Shown here: piece after piece, positions 1 through 12,095 of the stretch
Layout of the letters: every line of letters begins with the position of its first letter
Numbering within the stretch: position 1 is the first letter of the stretch
Origin: Eledone cirrhosa
Taxonomy: Eukaryota
Reading direction: 5' to 3'
Assembly (NCBI GenBank): GCA_964016885.1
Contig: OZ024749.1
Location: forward strand, 50,964,001 to 51,028,000
Length of the DNA stretch: 64,000 bases
Notes under the pieces: generated by a model
The model's database searches: none
Told to the model about the DNA's origin: nothing
The model's input: only the letters and a program-made list of their open reading frames with translations
Program-made: the position numbers and the translations under genes

Positions 1-30
1 ATATATATATATATCTACAACGCCTTATAA

Positions 31-114
31 TTCCTATTACCCACTCTACTACCCTAAGTATTGAGTAATCTGGTGCGTTATGGTCCATCTTGCTCCTCAC
101 CACACATCCTTCGT
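31..114 (+). repeat. Partial copy (unique tail) of dispersed palindromic family P
   Basis: TTCCTATTACCCACTCTACTACCCTAAGTATTGAGTA..TGGTGCGTTATGGTCCA..CCTTCGTT matches 9009-9092 and 54508-54592. Confidence 0.85.
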
Positions 115-129
115 TGGTTCTTTTAAGTT

Positions 130-421
130 TGTATTTAATCATCATTCATCTTTTAAATACAAACTTAAAAGAACCAACACGGCTCTCTCAGAACTCATAT
201 GGTCCTTGAAAGACAAAAACATTAAATATACCATCTTTTGGAAGAAGGTTTCTTCTGCGTCCTCATACTTGAACAGCTCTCTATCTAAAATCTGTAATAT
301 CAGCCTAAATGAAAAACTTACCATTATCTCTAATCTAGATTCTATAATAAATAGACGTACAGATTTGTTTTCTATCTGCTTGCATAAATTCCATAGGACT
401 TTTCACAAAGTATACAGCTAA
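130..421 (+). pseudogene. C-terminal GIY-YIG endonuclease remnant of a Penelope-like element (Naiad-like), 5'-truncated
   Basis: ORF 80..421 reads HHSSFK..RTNTALSELIWSLK....YTIFWK..SSASSY....KICNISLNEK..I....INRRTDLFSICLHK, matching the recalled T.LS.YIW.LK / I.WK / C.LCL.EK / LN.R.EL..C.H pattern. A hammerhead follows downstream. Confidence 0.75.
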
Positions 422-1020
422 TATTCAATTCTTTATCAATTTAGAATCTTTTCTCAAAGGCACATATACATACACGTCTTTAAAATATACCCATCTTCCT
501 ACCTTACTTCAAAGGGCATTATACACTCTATAATACTTGTTTACTCATTACCCTCATTCTATCTTCACCTTGTAAAATCCTTCATAACATATACATTTGT
601 TTTTTTGACGTTAGAATATTCATCCGCAATCATTATTATTTTTTCTCTCCATCATCAAACTTTTTAATCTCAATACATTAACTCCCTCTCCTTCTTTTGA
701 CGCTAGAATATTCATCCTTAATTTATTATTTTTTTCTCCCCATCATCTAACTCATTCTTAATACATATTAACTCTTTCTTCGCACATATTATCAATTCCT
801 TCAATATACAAACCTTAACTTCACATTATTTTTCTAAAATCCTTCAACACACAAACCTTAATCATTTTTTTCTCTTCGTTAATTTTGAAATTGCCATAAT
901 ACTTATAAACATACACCTTTTTTTTTTTTTTGACGTTAGAATATTCATCCGCAATTATTATTTTTTTCTCTCTATCTTCAAACCTTTTAATCTCAATACA
1001 TATCAACTCCCTCTCTTTCC

Positions 1021-1460
1021 TCGTACATATTTTCCCCTTCGTTAATTTTCAAATTCTTTTAATTTATACATTATCTTCCAACGGTTTTCAACCTCTCTAT
1101 GTAAAACAATATATCTTTTCTCAGTTATAAAAACTATCTCTTTCTCTCTATCACCCATCTCTCCCTCTCCACCTTCATTCTCATCTCCTCCCCTTTTTTG
1201 ATCCTTTACACCCCCCCTCTCTAAATAAAATATTTTTTCCTCGTACATATTTTTCCCTTCGTTAATTTTCAAATTCTTTTAATTTATACATTATCTTCCA
1301 ACGGTTTTCAACCTCTCTATGTAAAACAATATATCTTCTCTCAGTTATAAAAACTATCTCTTTCTCTCTATCACCCATCTCTCTCTCTCCACCTTCACTC
1401 TCATCTCCTCCCCTTTTTTCATCCTGTCCACCCCCCCTCTCTATATAAAATATTTTTCCC
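1021..1460. repeat. 220-bp tandem duplication in the putative PLE 3' region/pLTR
   Basis: TCGTACATATTTT.CCCTTCGTTAATTTTCAAATTC at 1021 and 1241. A shorter TTTTGACG.TAGAATATTCATCC unit also recurs at ~603, ~695 and ~928. Confidence 0.9.
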
Positions 1461-1552
1461 AATATCACACATCAATCTAAAACTACTTTTCATATGTTGA
1501 TTTAAAACTGCACTATCCACAAGTGTGTTTTAGCCTTCATATCATGTCCTCC

Positions 1553-1623
1553 TGTTTTATCTGATGAAAACACAAATATTATTGCATGATGATGTTTGTT
1601 TTTGAAATGCGCATAATAAAATA
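1553..1623 (+). ncRNA. Minimal type-I hammerhead ribozyme motif
   Basis: Stem I TGTTTTAT/ATAAAATA; core CTGATGA 1561-1567; long stem II; GAAA 1604-1607; palindromic stem III ATGCGCAT; cleavage triplet AUA (1613-1615). Confidence 0.8.
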
Positions 1624-1748
1624 CATGGAACTCCTTTAACCATCTTTTGATCTTATATATTATATATGTATATATATATGTATAAAGCCTCAGTTAATTA
1701 GTATATTTTCGTCACCTTTCGCATTTACTCGTATATATATATATATGT

Positions 1749-2040
1749 TTATGTGAAGAATGGTAGGGGATAGGGAGAGGGTGATGGATTCTGCCTATAT
1801 GGCGCGGCGACCTTAAAGCTGTGCTCCACGGCCAAGATCGCAAACGCATTCCCGTGGAGAATGGCTACCACCACCCTATGCAACAGCCACCCATTCTTAC
1901 GGGGCTCCTTCCTTAGACAATCTGTTGTGGTCCTGATATTATAGAGGAGCTCGGCAGTACGGGGTCGAAGTCCGTCTGTGGTCTCGACGGTGACCTGTGT
2001 GAAGAGGAACCTGCCGGCAATACCCGATATGCAGAATGCA
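1749..2040 (-). mobile_element. CRE-clade non-LTR retrotransposon 3' end (degenerate RLE C-terminus)
   Basis: FTQVTVETTDG...AELLYNI...EPRKNGWLLHRVVVAILHGNAFAIL resembles the CRE C-terminal F.P.AVET.G ... W..QRLSVAIQRGNA.AIL motif. Ends against a TA repeat. Confidence 0.7.
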
Positions 2041-2479
2041 GAATGGTAATAACATATCATGTACTCAGTTTTATATTTCTGTTCATTCATGCATGCTCGT
2101 ATCATTGTCCAATGCCATTTAATTGAGAATTAGTGTTATAATTATATTTATTTTTGATGTTATTAATGAGTTGTTTTTGTGATAAGGAATTGTTGTTGTG
2201 CATTATGTCAAACAACAAAAGCAAATACTTTTGTATTTCATATCTGTTCGAGTATGTTCTAGCTTCCGGCTGCATTGAGATTTATCATATAGAGTTCTGA
2301 AAGAAGAGTATTTGCCAATGTACGCATGTTTTAAAATATATATTTTATAAGGTTTCTTATTTAACATTACTCCATCTCTTATGTAATTCTTCTAAATATA
2401 CCCGGTATATTTATAAAAATATTACTGAATTATATTCCAAGTATAGACGTGGCAAAATCGTATTTTACTAAGCTCTCTA

Positions 2480-3140
2480 ATCTATTACCTCTGGCTGTCA
2501 TTTGCTGTTATTTGCTAGCCTCACCGCTCTCAGGAAGAAAGAGGATGGCTTACGCCTCATCACTGTGGGAAATGTCTTCCGGAGGCTCGCTGCTAAAGTG
2601 GTCTGCAGGTCCATAACACCCGAACTGGGTGAGGAGTTCAGTCCGGTGCAACTGAGTGTCGGGGTGTCCGGTGGTGTGAGGGAGCCACATATGCAACCAG
2701 GCAGTTCTTCAACAGCTGCCAACTGGTACAATATCCAGGGACTCCAGGCACCTCATTGTCAAACTTGCCATGATCTACAATCGGTGGTTCCTACCCTGGC
2801 GGAATCGGCCTCCAGGTCAACTCGGCAAAGTCGGAGGTGGTGAATGTCAGCCACGATACTGAGAGCTTTGCAGCCTCCGACTTGGGCGTGTGGTCCATTT
2901 TCCACCAGGTACAGGTGACGCCAAGAGAGGATGTCCTTATTCTCGGGTCACTTCCCACCCGCCAGCGATCTGCTCCACCATCAGCTCCAGGCTTCAACAA
3001 TTCCAGACTCTCACGAACCGACTGGGCCTGATCGACGGCCACCCAGCTCTCTTTCTGTTGAGGAACTGCTTCGCTATGCCGAAGCTCCTCTGCACCCTCT
3101 GCAGCGCTCCGTGCTACACCCACACATCTCTCCTCACTAA
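2480..3140 (+). mobile_element. CRE-clade reverse transcriptase fragments (frameshifted, internally deleted)
   Basis: ASLTALRKKEDGLRLITVGNVFRRLAAK...PVQLSVGVSGG (cf. L.AL.KKDGG.RPIAVG..LRRL..K, QLGVG..GG) and ALFLLRNCFAMPKLLCTLCSAP; GC-rich island. Confidence 0.8.
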
Positions 3141-4021
3141 ATCGATCAAACTGATCAAACTGATAACATATGTTATGTGTGTTTATTACAGAATGAACAT
3201 ACAAATGGTTTGTATCATATTTATCAATGTCGGAATCGCAAAAAATTCAGCATTACCTTCTACAACTCGACATCACACAAATACCATAATTCTGAAGTGA
3301 ATCATGCTGAATTATATAGAAATTAATAAATATAATACTAAAATATGAAGTGTCTCACTAAGATAGTAGACATGGAATGAATTTAGTTTTGCCTTCTTTT
3401 ATTGTTAATTCACATCGCAGAATAATTATTCAAGCGCACCTGTTTAGTAAACAAGAAGGATTACGCCTGCAATTCATAAATGATACAGGAAACGTATTAA
3501 CTAATCAGGTATCGGAAAACACTCTGAAACTGATTAAGATTTACGACGGGTACTAGCATATATTCATTATAAATGAAACTACCTTTATGTTACCATCATT
3601 ATTTATACGAATATTGGCAAGAGAACATAGCAACAATAAAGTCAAACACGATATCACATGACACACCTTAAACCATAAGAATATACACGTATAAAGCATA
3701 ATATTAATGACATTACAAGAGAGACAAGGACAACAAAACCTAATTCTAAACGTACTGATAATACATTAATGGTAACTGGCAGATGATCAATCAAGTTTAG
3801 GGAGCAATAACAATGCTGGGTGTATGGTCTGCCGAAATGAAATAAGGTTGTGTATGTTAAGTAGATGGTTCATAAGTATGTACCAGAAATACTCAAGCAT
3901 TCCGAACAACACCCACAGACTCGATCGGTATGTTAGATATTTAACCATTATTACACACTAATCAGATAATGGGCTTTTATTCAAATGAAGGCCATTAGTG
4001 GACAAGGCCAATATAGATGTT

Positions 4022-4330
4022 ATTCTTCCCCTTCTTCGCCCATTTATTCTTTAGAGGGTCATGTTGGGAGAGTCCTCAAACACTCCTTCCTGTGGGTCCT
4101 GTAAGAACAAACTTTTCCATTTGATCTGGTTGGATCCCCAAGTGAGACCAGCCAGCTTCATGGAGGTTATCCAACTATCTTTCTCGGGGACTACCCTTGC
4201 GAAGCCGTCAGTTTAGATTTGCCCGCAAATTCTGTTCTGCGATTATTTCCTGAGATATTCTAACCACATGTCCACAGAATCGGAGTTGTGATCTCTCAAT
4301 TCGGAGAAATAGCGATTCTAGCTGGAATGA
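4022..4330 (-). mobile_element. RTE-clade (Rex3/Expander-like) LINE 3' end
   Basis: Minus strand reads LESLFLRIERSQLRFCGHVVRISQE...KGSPRER*LDNLHEAGWSHLGIQP and ends in a GAAGAA-like tail. Confidence 0.8.
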
Positions 4331-4399
4331 TTAAGTCATCTCCATAATACGCAATCTATCGAGTACCCTTACAAATTTCACTCATTTTCTTCCATATTG

Positions 4400-4510
4400 G
4401 TAGATTGCCAGTATCGATAGAATGTCTGACACCATGCTTTGCCTCATGGAGTTGAAATCCCGTCGAGGTTAACTTTGCATTTGATCATTAAGGGGACAAT
4501 AAAATAAAGT
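4400..4510 (+). mobile_element. tRNA-derived SINE (degenerate)
   Basis: GAGTTGAAATCCCGTCGAGGTTAACTTTGCATTTGATC..GGGGACAATAAAATAAAGTA, homologous to 52017-52078 and 61126-61185. Confidence 0.7.
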
Positions 4511-5704
4511 AAGGATCTGAAGAAATCCTTAGTGGTACATAGTTCTGAGTACAGCATCTTAATTAGCCGAGAGTACGAATACATTTTCCGATATATAATG
4601 ATATTGGTACAGGAGTTTTGCACTCTGGTAAAACATCAATGTTTATTGCATAGATACATTTTGATACTGTTATGTAATTATATATACCGGATATAATTTT
4701 ACAATGCCGGCATAGCTAGGCTAATGATGCGAATATTCACAATATTATATACATATTAGAAAAAGTCCAATGAAAATATACCTTCTATAATAAATATCCT
4801 TATAACATCAAAGTAAGGGAGCAAAATAATTCAGAGACGTCATATACTTCGACGATATACTTTACTTACTATGTATCAATAAGTAGGATGGGCCATTATG
4901 TAGGATGGTGATTTAAGTGTCAGAAAATATTTGTACCATTTAAGAAATGATAGTAAAATGAAATATACTGTTGTTAAAGTTAATAATTTACTTATTACAT
5001 CTTGATTCATGATGGACTGTACTAATAGCATAGCGTGTTGACGTCAGAATATTTAGTCTGCTATCCATTTCTTAATTACATTCAGCCTGCCATGTTGAAT
5101 GGAGAGTATGGCCATATGTATAATAGTCACAATATATAGAAATATGATTCCATACAATTTATTAACATGGCTAAATTAAAATCCTATATGTTCACGATGA
5201 AAGAACATTGGATATGAAATAGATTCTTATAATTGGGAAGCGAAATTGTTAAACATCCGTATAAATGAAATTCAATTTAAAATATGTTCCAAAAGTACAA
5301 TACTTTATGAATCAGCTCCCATATGTAATATCGTCTTTAAATATAGCATATCACAAAATAAGCTCAGCTTTCTATAAAGGTATTCCACAAATTCATAGAA
5401 ATGAAACACAGGCTAAATATATGCAAACATTCAATACATTATTTGATAAGTATTGTTCACCATAACACAACATCTAATTAGAAAGTTATTAACTTTAAGA
5501 AGCATATAAATATTTCATTAAATTATCATACCAATATGTTACACATAAACATGTTTTGAAAGCGTATTCAGGCATAAACGTGGGTTTATATATATATATA
5601 TATATATATAGGAAACAAATAAATATTCTTAGAAAGACTCCAGTTCCATCTTCGATTTCTTTTCCGTATATATATAATATACACATATATATATGTATAT
5701 ATAT

Positions 5705-5950
5705 ATATTGTTATACTTGGGGAGGGTCATATTTGTGTAATATTGCCAGAATGAATTAATAACAGAACACACTCACTGTTTGGTTGGTTTTCGCTTCTCG
5801 CTTCTGTGTCTATTATATCGGCAATCTAACTTACTAACAAGGTAATATTACCTTGTCCGACGAACAAATGAGGACGTTTTTTTCGTATTCGTCTTATTCG
5901 GGAAACCTCTGGTAATGAGGTAATTATATTGTGTTGTTTATTATACATAA
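5705..5950 (+). mobile_element. (TA)n-embedded short element, family Q, carrying a hammerhead
   Basis: Near-identical to 6886-7330 and to 63919-64000; TA repeats nearby on both sides. Confidence 0.8.
5847..5924 (+). ncRNA. Type-I hammerhead ribozyme motif with variant core (CCGACGA)
   Basis: Stem I ATTACCTTGT/ATGAGGTAAT (10 bp incl. G-U); CCGACGA 5857-5863; stem II ..AATGAGGACG/CGTCTTATT..; GAAA 5902-5905; stem III CC-TCT-GG; GUA triplet 5912-5914. Confidence 0.7.
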
Positions 5951-6029
5951 AATTTTGCTCTGGTACTTACATAGAGCACTCTTCACTCCTATGCCTTTTT
6001 CAATTTTCAACGGAAACTTAATTACTTAC

Positions 6030-6161
<132 letters not shown>

Positions 6162-6783
6162 ATGCGTATACGTTTGTGTGTCTGTGTTTGTGTATGTGTA
6201 GATAGGTATATATCACAGTTTCCTAGCGTCACACATATTTCTAACTTTTGGTATGATGAAAAATATCACCAATTTCGGTAGGTGCATTATAAAATATTCA
6301 CTCAGTTTTATGCTCTACAATATTAAAGAAATCATTAATTTTTTGAAACACATCATCATAAACAATGGCTTCCAGTACGACACACACAAGCAAAAATGTT
6401 GACATATGCATGTACTTACGAAGATGCACACAGCAACGATCATATGAGTAAATTCCCACATTTAATATATATATTGTTCTTCGGAAAATTATACCAAATG
6501 TGTATTTCAATCGCGATTATGGATGTGAATGGGAAATTAATTTCCCGCGTGGCCAAAGCCAAAATCGTTTAGAGAATTGGGAACTAAAGTGAATGCTAGC
6601 AGTGGTTGATTTTCATTACTCCTTTTGGAAATAGAAACGAATTAAGAATACCATTTTCAATTAATATTCTCCAGAGTCACCATGAAACGGTTTTCTATAA
6701 CTTTTAATATTATTTGAAGTTTGATTCTGAACATTCAAATAAATCATCCGCGTATGTGACCTTGAACTTCGTCAGTGACTGTC

Positions 6784-6830
<47 letters not shown>

Positions 6831-6831
<1 letters not shown>

Positions 6832-7329
6832 CGGCGATGAATTAGTTTTGCGAGGTTTTTTATATGAAATCGTGTCGAAACAAATATTGTTATACTTGGG
6901 GAGGGTCATATTTGTGTAGTATTGCCAGAATTAATAACAGAACAAACTCCCTGTTTGGTTGGTTTTCGCTTCTCGTTTCTGTGTCTTTTATATCGGTAAT
7001 CTAACTTACACGGTCCTCAATGTTGCCATTGACTGACCGACGGTCAACAATAATACAGATACAATATAGACACAAACACATATATATAGTTTATCATAAT
7101 CTTTCGTTGCACATCTGCAACATCGTCAGTGGTGTTATCGTTTCCTCCTGTTGTATTGTATGTCTACGCTATTTTTATTCAGTCTGTCTATATATTTATT
7201 TATTTATTTGCTTGGGAACTAAAGTTAATATTACCTTGTCCGACGAACGAATGAGGACGTTTTTTTCGTATTCGTCTTATTCGGGAAACCTCTGGTAATG
7301 AGGAAATTATATTGTATTGTTTATTATAC

Positions 7330-7330
<1 letters not shown>
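6831..7330 (+). mobile_element. Family Q longer copy (extra ~215-bp segment 7010-7225)
   Basis: Shares TGTTATACTTGGGGAGGGTCATATTTGTG... and the hammerhead block with 5705-5950; bounded by (TA)n on both sides. Confidence 0.8.
7230..7306 (+). ncRNA. Type-I hammerhead ribozyme motif with variant core (CCGACGA)
   Basis: CCTTGT/ATGAGG stem I; CCGACGA 7240-7246; CGAATGAGGACG/CGTCTTATTCG stem II; GAAA 7285-7288; CC-TCT-GG; GUA 7295-7297. Confidence 0.7.
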
Positions 7331-7428
<98 letters not shown>

Positions 7429-8011
7429 CATAGGGATATATGTATATATTTAGACATATATTTAAACATAGTCACAGATACATATGTGACTGTAACTACC
7501 TTTCACGGTGTGGCTCAATGAAAAAATTAATTAAGGAAATAATTATTAATCTGAGCTATATATAGAATTGCAAGTTTGAAGAATTATTAGATAACATATA
7601 CCCAGATTTTCCTCACCCTAGTCCGTAGAAATCAAGCGTATAAATAATCATCATTCAAACGAGGCTATACGTTTAAAACGTAACTATGAAGAAATAATAG
7701 ACAAATGATACATACTATTTTCCGTGAGGAACGGTCACCTAAAATGTTTCTAGTCTTTCCTTTTAGCCCGTAGAAATTAACTAGACAAATAAGCAATTAA
7801 ATGGAGCTAGATCTAAAATAGGAGAAAAGGTGTATATAAACTTTACCAACATTCCTCTAGTCCCGACTGTCGACAGTTTCGCTCGCACTTTGTTGAAGTA
7901 TCCGATCCTAGTATTATCCATGAGGCTTCGAGCTTATCAAGAGACGCCTCAGGTTCGGACTAAGATTTCCACAGTGATTACCGCAAGACATGAATTCAAG
8001 AATGGCTAAGA

Positions 8012-8375
8012 ATCATCAGGTTTCTAGTGGTCAAAGTAGAAAGTTGTGAATGGGGGCCAGGCGGCAAGTAGGCTGGCTGCTAGAAAGCACAGGCAGATAC
8101 TGCCTAATTTTTTATTCTACCGTACGGGAGTATATATTAAATTGATAGGGGTATATGTATATATATGAAAGGTAGATTCACTCATATATGTATCTGTGAC
8201 TATGTCAAATATATATGTCTAAATATATACATACATCCCTATGAATTTAATATATACTCCCGTACGGTAGAGTAATACCTTAGGCATTATCTGGCTGCGC
8301 TTTCTAGCAGCCAGCCTACTTGCCGCCTGGCCACCATTCACGACTTTCTACTTTGACCACTAGCCACATGATGAT
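8012..8375. repeat. Long imperfect inverted repeat (fold-back element)
   Basis: 8012-8165 is the reverse complement of ~8222-8375 (e.g. GGCCAGGCGGCAAGTAGGCTGGCTGCTAGAAAGC / GCTTTCTAGCAGCCAGCCTACTTGCCGCCTGGCC). 7426-7490 is also inverted relative to 8181-8248. Confidence 0.9.
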
Positions 8376-8613
8376 GCGTTTATGAAATGTTCGGAATATT
8401 CACGATACCATATTCGTTACCAGACTTGTCATGCGTGAAGCCTATTTGTCAGATGCATAAATGTGGTCGTAATGTGTCATGTGATTGATAGTAAATAGAT
8501 GGCGCATGATTTAATACATCTTAATGTTTCACACAAGGCCGGTTTTATAACTGTTTTCGCATATGGTGTACGTGTGCTTTAACTTTAGCTTATATTCCGA
8601 TAAATGTATTATC

Positions 8614-8663
8614 GTTCTGACTCAGATGAAAGCCTAAAGGCTTCGAAATGCTAATACAAGAAC
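8614..8663 (+). ncRNA. Degenerate hammerhead-like motif
   Basis: GTTCT..CAGATGA-AAGCC TAAA GGCTT-C-GAAA-TGCT..AGAAC; core has T>A and stem III is decayed. Confidence 0.4.
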
Positions 8664-8832
8664 AGATTTATGAACTTGACAGTTCCAAACTCACCACATG
8701 GTATTAGTAATGAAATTCGAAATATCCCAATAAAATGTATTAAAATGTTGCATAAGTCGTATTTTAATAAACAGGTTTGAATGAAAATGCATGTCCTCCA
8801 AACGACAGTAATTCTCTCTCTCTCTCTCCCTC

Positions 8833-8879
<47 letters not shown>

Positions 8880-8895
8880 ATATATATATATATAT

Positions 8896-9091
8896 ATAGG
8901 AACCAGTAAGACCCCGACAGCTGAGCTCAAGCCGTTTCGACGGCTAATTCTGGAATTCCAGAATTAGCCGTCGAAACGGCTTGAGCTCAGCTGTCGGGGT
9001 CTTACTGGTTCCTATTACCCACTCTACTACCTCAAGTATTGAGTACTTTGGTGCGTTATGGTCCACCTGGTTCCTTACCACATTTCCTTCG

Positions 9092-9093
<2 letters not shown>
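8896..9093 (+). mobile_element. Family P: perfect 120-bp palindrome (8896-9015) plus ~78-bp unique tail, inside (TA)n
   Basis: Arms checked base by base; centred on GAATTC 8953-8958 with no spacer. Confidence 0.95.
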
Positions 9094-9143
<50 letters not shown>

Positions 9144-9286
9144 GTACGTTTATATACATGAGGAAAAGTGCTGAATACCAATTTGCGTATTTAATGTGTT
9201 TCTGGGATTGGGTTGAAGTGCAAACAAGGGTCTATATAAGGCTATTCCTATTAGTATATATATATATGTATATATTTGTTAACATC

Positions 9287-9369
9287 TCTACGGTTCTTAT
9301 ATATTTGATATATAGTTATCCTTATCGAGCCCTCTTTGGATTTTAGTCTTCAAATTTATTATTATTACT
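9287..9369 (+). repeat. Dispersed short repeat family R ending in (TA)n
   Basis: TTATCCTTATCGAGCCCTCTTTGGATTTTAGTCTTCAAATTTATTATTA also at ~58767-58815 and ~61360-61410. Confidence 0.9.
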
Positions 9370-9374
9370 ATATA

Positions 9375-9506
<132 letters not shown>

Positions 9507-10124
9507 AATATATATATATATATCCTGGATATATGTGGGTCTATATGTGTGTGTATACATATGTTTATCGTGTGTTGATTTTCCAGGCTCAAGGACATTC
9601 TACATCAGAATATGTTAAATGTCAATTATTATTACGTTTTAGGAATTTTATAAATATGCATCTAAAAAGGGAAGTAGGAACGTTGAGATAAAAGTACGTG
9701 TACTTTTCTTCACTATATGTTTCACTATATATTTCCAATTCCTACCTTTGATGTTAGTAAATTGAGCCTACGCATTTTAAAGTAGATACATCTCATGTGA
9801 TATTTCCATCCTTTGATTTTTCTGTCTAGAACGCATTACTGTGTTAATGTTATATGTTACTAAAATATAGACATGGAATATCTAAACTATCATCGTATAT
9901 TCTATAAGTGTTAATTACCTTAACATAATTTCCTGTAGTTTTATCGATAATAACGCAATAAATAAAGACTATATACATAGACACAAAACCATGGCTGGAC
10001 GTACAGACTACATATGTAAGTGTCGAGCGAAATATTACGTGTTATAAACCACTGGAGGACTTATCGAGAGATTTGCTTGTTTTACAATTTATAGATTGAA
10101 GTATACAGATAATCTTGACTACGA

Positions 10125-10240
10125 AACTTTCCTCAGACTGGTCGGCCCGACACTAGAGAAGAATACGCTTGACCAAGGTAACACAAAATTCCTGAACCAA
10201 AACCCAATTCCTGGTGAAAATTAGGCTTATCCCACACAAC
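10125..10240 (-). mobile_element. tRNA-derived SINE with CORE-like body (degenerate)
   Basis: Minus strand ...GGTTCAGG..TTACCTTGGTCAAGCGTATTCTTCTCTAGTGTCGGGCCGACCA resembles the recalled CCTTGGGCAAGTGTCTTCTACTATAGCCTCGGGCCGACCA SINE body. Confidence 0.55.
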
Positions 10241-12002
10241 TTTGTATGAGCTTCTACGCATACTATTCCCCACACACATATGCATACACACACAGACACA
10301 CCCACACACACACATAGGATTATATACATACTTACATACATGCATACATACATACATACAAGCTTATGTGAGTGTATGTGTTAGATTTCAGTAAGTGTTT
10401 TTAGTTGGTTCATTTATAGATGTCCTAATATTTATTAATTTCTTTTTAAATGAATACAAATTGTTGATTAATTAGTGTGTTTATCTCATATTCATTCAAA
10501 TATAATTTCTCACGTTCATATTAAATAGCTGTATTAATTCACCTAACGTTTTAATTCATGATTTCTTTACGTGTTTATAAAAAGAAACAAAAAAATAAAG
10601 GCTTACTGCATTTACACATGTGTACACACACATGAAGCACACATTAAATTGCTCAGTAATATATTTCGATAACAATATTTTACTTCCGATCTCTTCTATT
10701 TGCGCACCGGTATATGTGTTTATATTTTGGTTGCTTATTTCTACTCATATATTTAATCAAGTAAGAATTAGTTCAGGATTCAGATATATCAATGCAGATA
10801 TAAATCGCTTTCACTGAAGCACATTCAAAACAGGTAGAACCTGACAACACGTACGGACTGATACATCCACACACACAGAAACGCAGAAACGTAAACGCGT
10901 CTATTTATTTATTTTTGCGATTTTGCTCTAAATTATATTAAGATATTACATTTTGACAGTAATAAAACTCTAAAATTCATTTTAAATTTTCAACTCATTT
11001 TGTTTTTTTACATGTTCATGATTTTAGTTTCATTTTGACATTTTTATGCAGTTATATTTTTTAAAATTCTTAATTCGTCTTTAAGTATGAAATATTACAA
11101 TATAAACTATAATCCAATCTGCTCTATTTTAATGCCTATTTGCAGAAGGTTTGAAGAAAACAAAAAATGATGAATATTGATTATTCATTTAATGTTATTG
11201 CTTAGTCATCTTGTCCGAAAATTTAATCTAGATATTTAAGTTTATTTCCTGTTCAAAGTAATTCTAATTTCGTTTCGTTTTGTGCAGCGTTACCGAGGAC
11301 ATACATTTACTGCTGAAAGAATCCATACGTTTTAAGGAGTATTCCTGCAATGATATCAATATTCCTACAAAAGGTTTGGAGTTTTGAAATAACGAGAATA
11401 AACTTATTTGACTGACTTTTACTTCCCAATCGAGGTATTCATCCATTGAGACTCTATTTATTTACACCCACCTCGACAGTCACTTTCACCACTACCCTTT
11501 GCAGACGCATATCTTCAGTGGCTAATGTAGTTATTCATTCCTATATCTATATGTACGTTCAATTTTAAACACTAACTGGATGATTTTCTTTTGCTAATAT
11601 GAAATATGACGGCTACATTCACCACATTAACCCATTGACGGGAGACAGAAGCAGGACGTTGTCAGAAACTATTTCAAATGCCTCATTAACTTAGAAGATA
11701 TGATTTCTTCTGATTTTGGAGCACAAAGGAAATATAGTTTCAGTCTGTGAATTCTTGGTCATAAAAAGCTATATCGACTCGCACACTTGTTTTTAGCTCA
11801 TTATCTACTCATTACAAAAATATATATCAGACGAGCATATAAATATATATATATATAAAATAATACAACTGGCTTTCCACAAAATACATATAGTTAGCAC
11901 CCCAAACACTTAAATTGGGTTATACTAACATATAACCTAATGTTTGTTGAGTGAGACGGTTAGCAGTCGGAGTTTAGCGTTAAGCTATCTCTGTTATTGT
12001 AT

Positions 12003-12095
<93 letters not shown>

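Noticed and set aside
600-1460. CRISPR-like repeat-spacer pattern (TTTTGACG.TAGAATATTCATCC units)
   Set aside because: Irregular spacing, related inter-repeat sequence, eukaryotic context and no cas genes; a decayed tandem duplication
8966-8985. GTCGAAACGGC in family P as a hammerhead 3' half
   Set aside because: No CUGANGA in any copy; explained by the local AGCCGT-CGAA-ACGGCT hairpin
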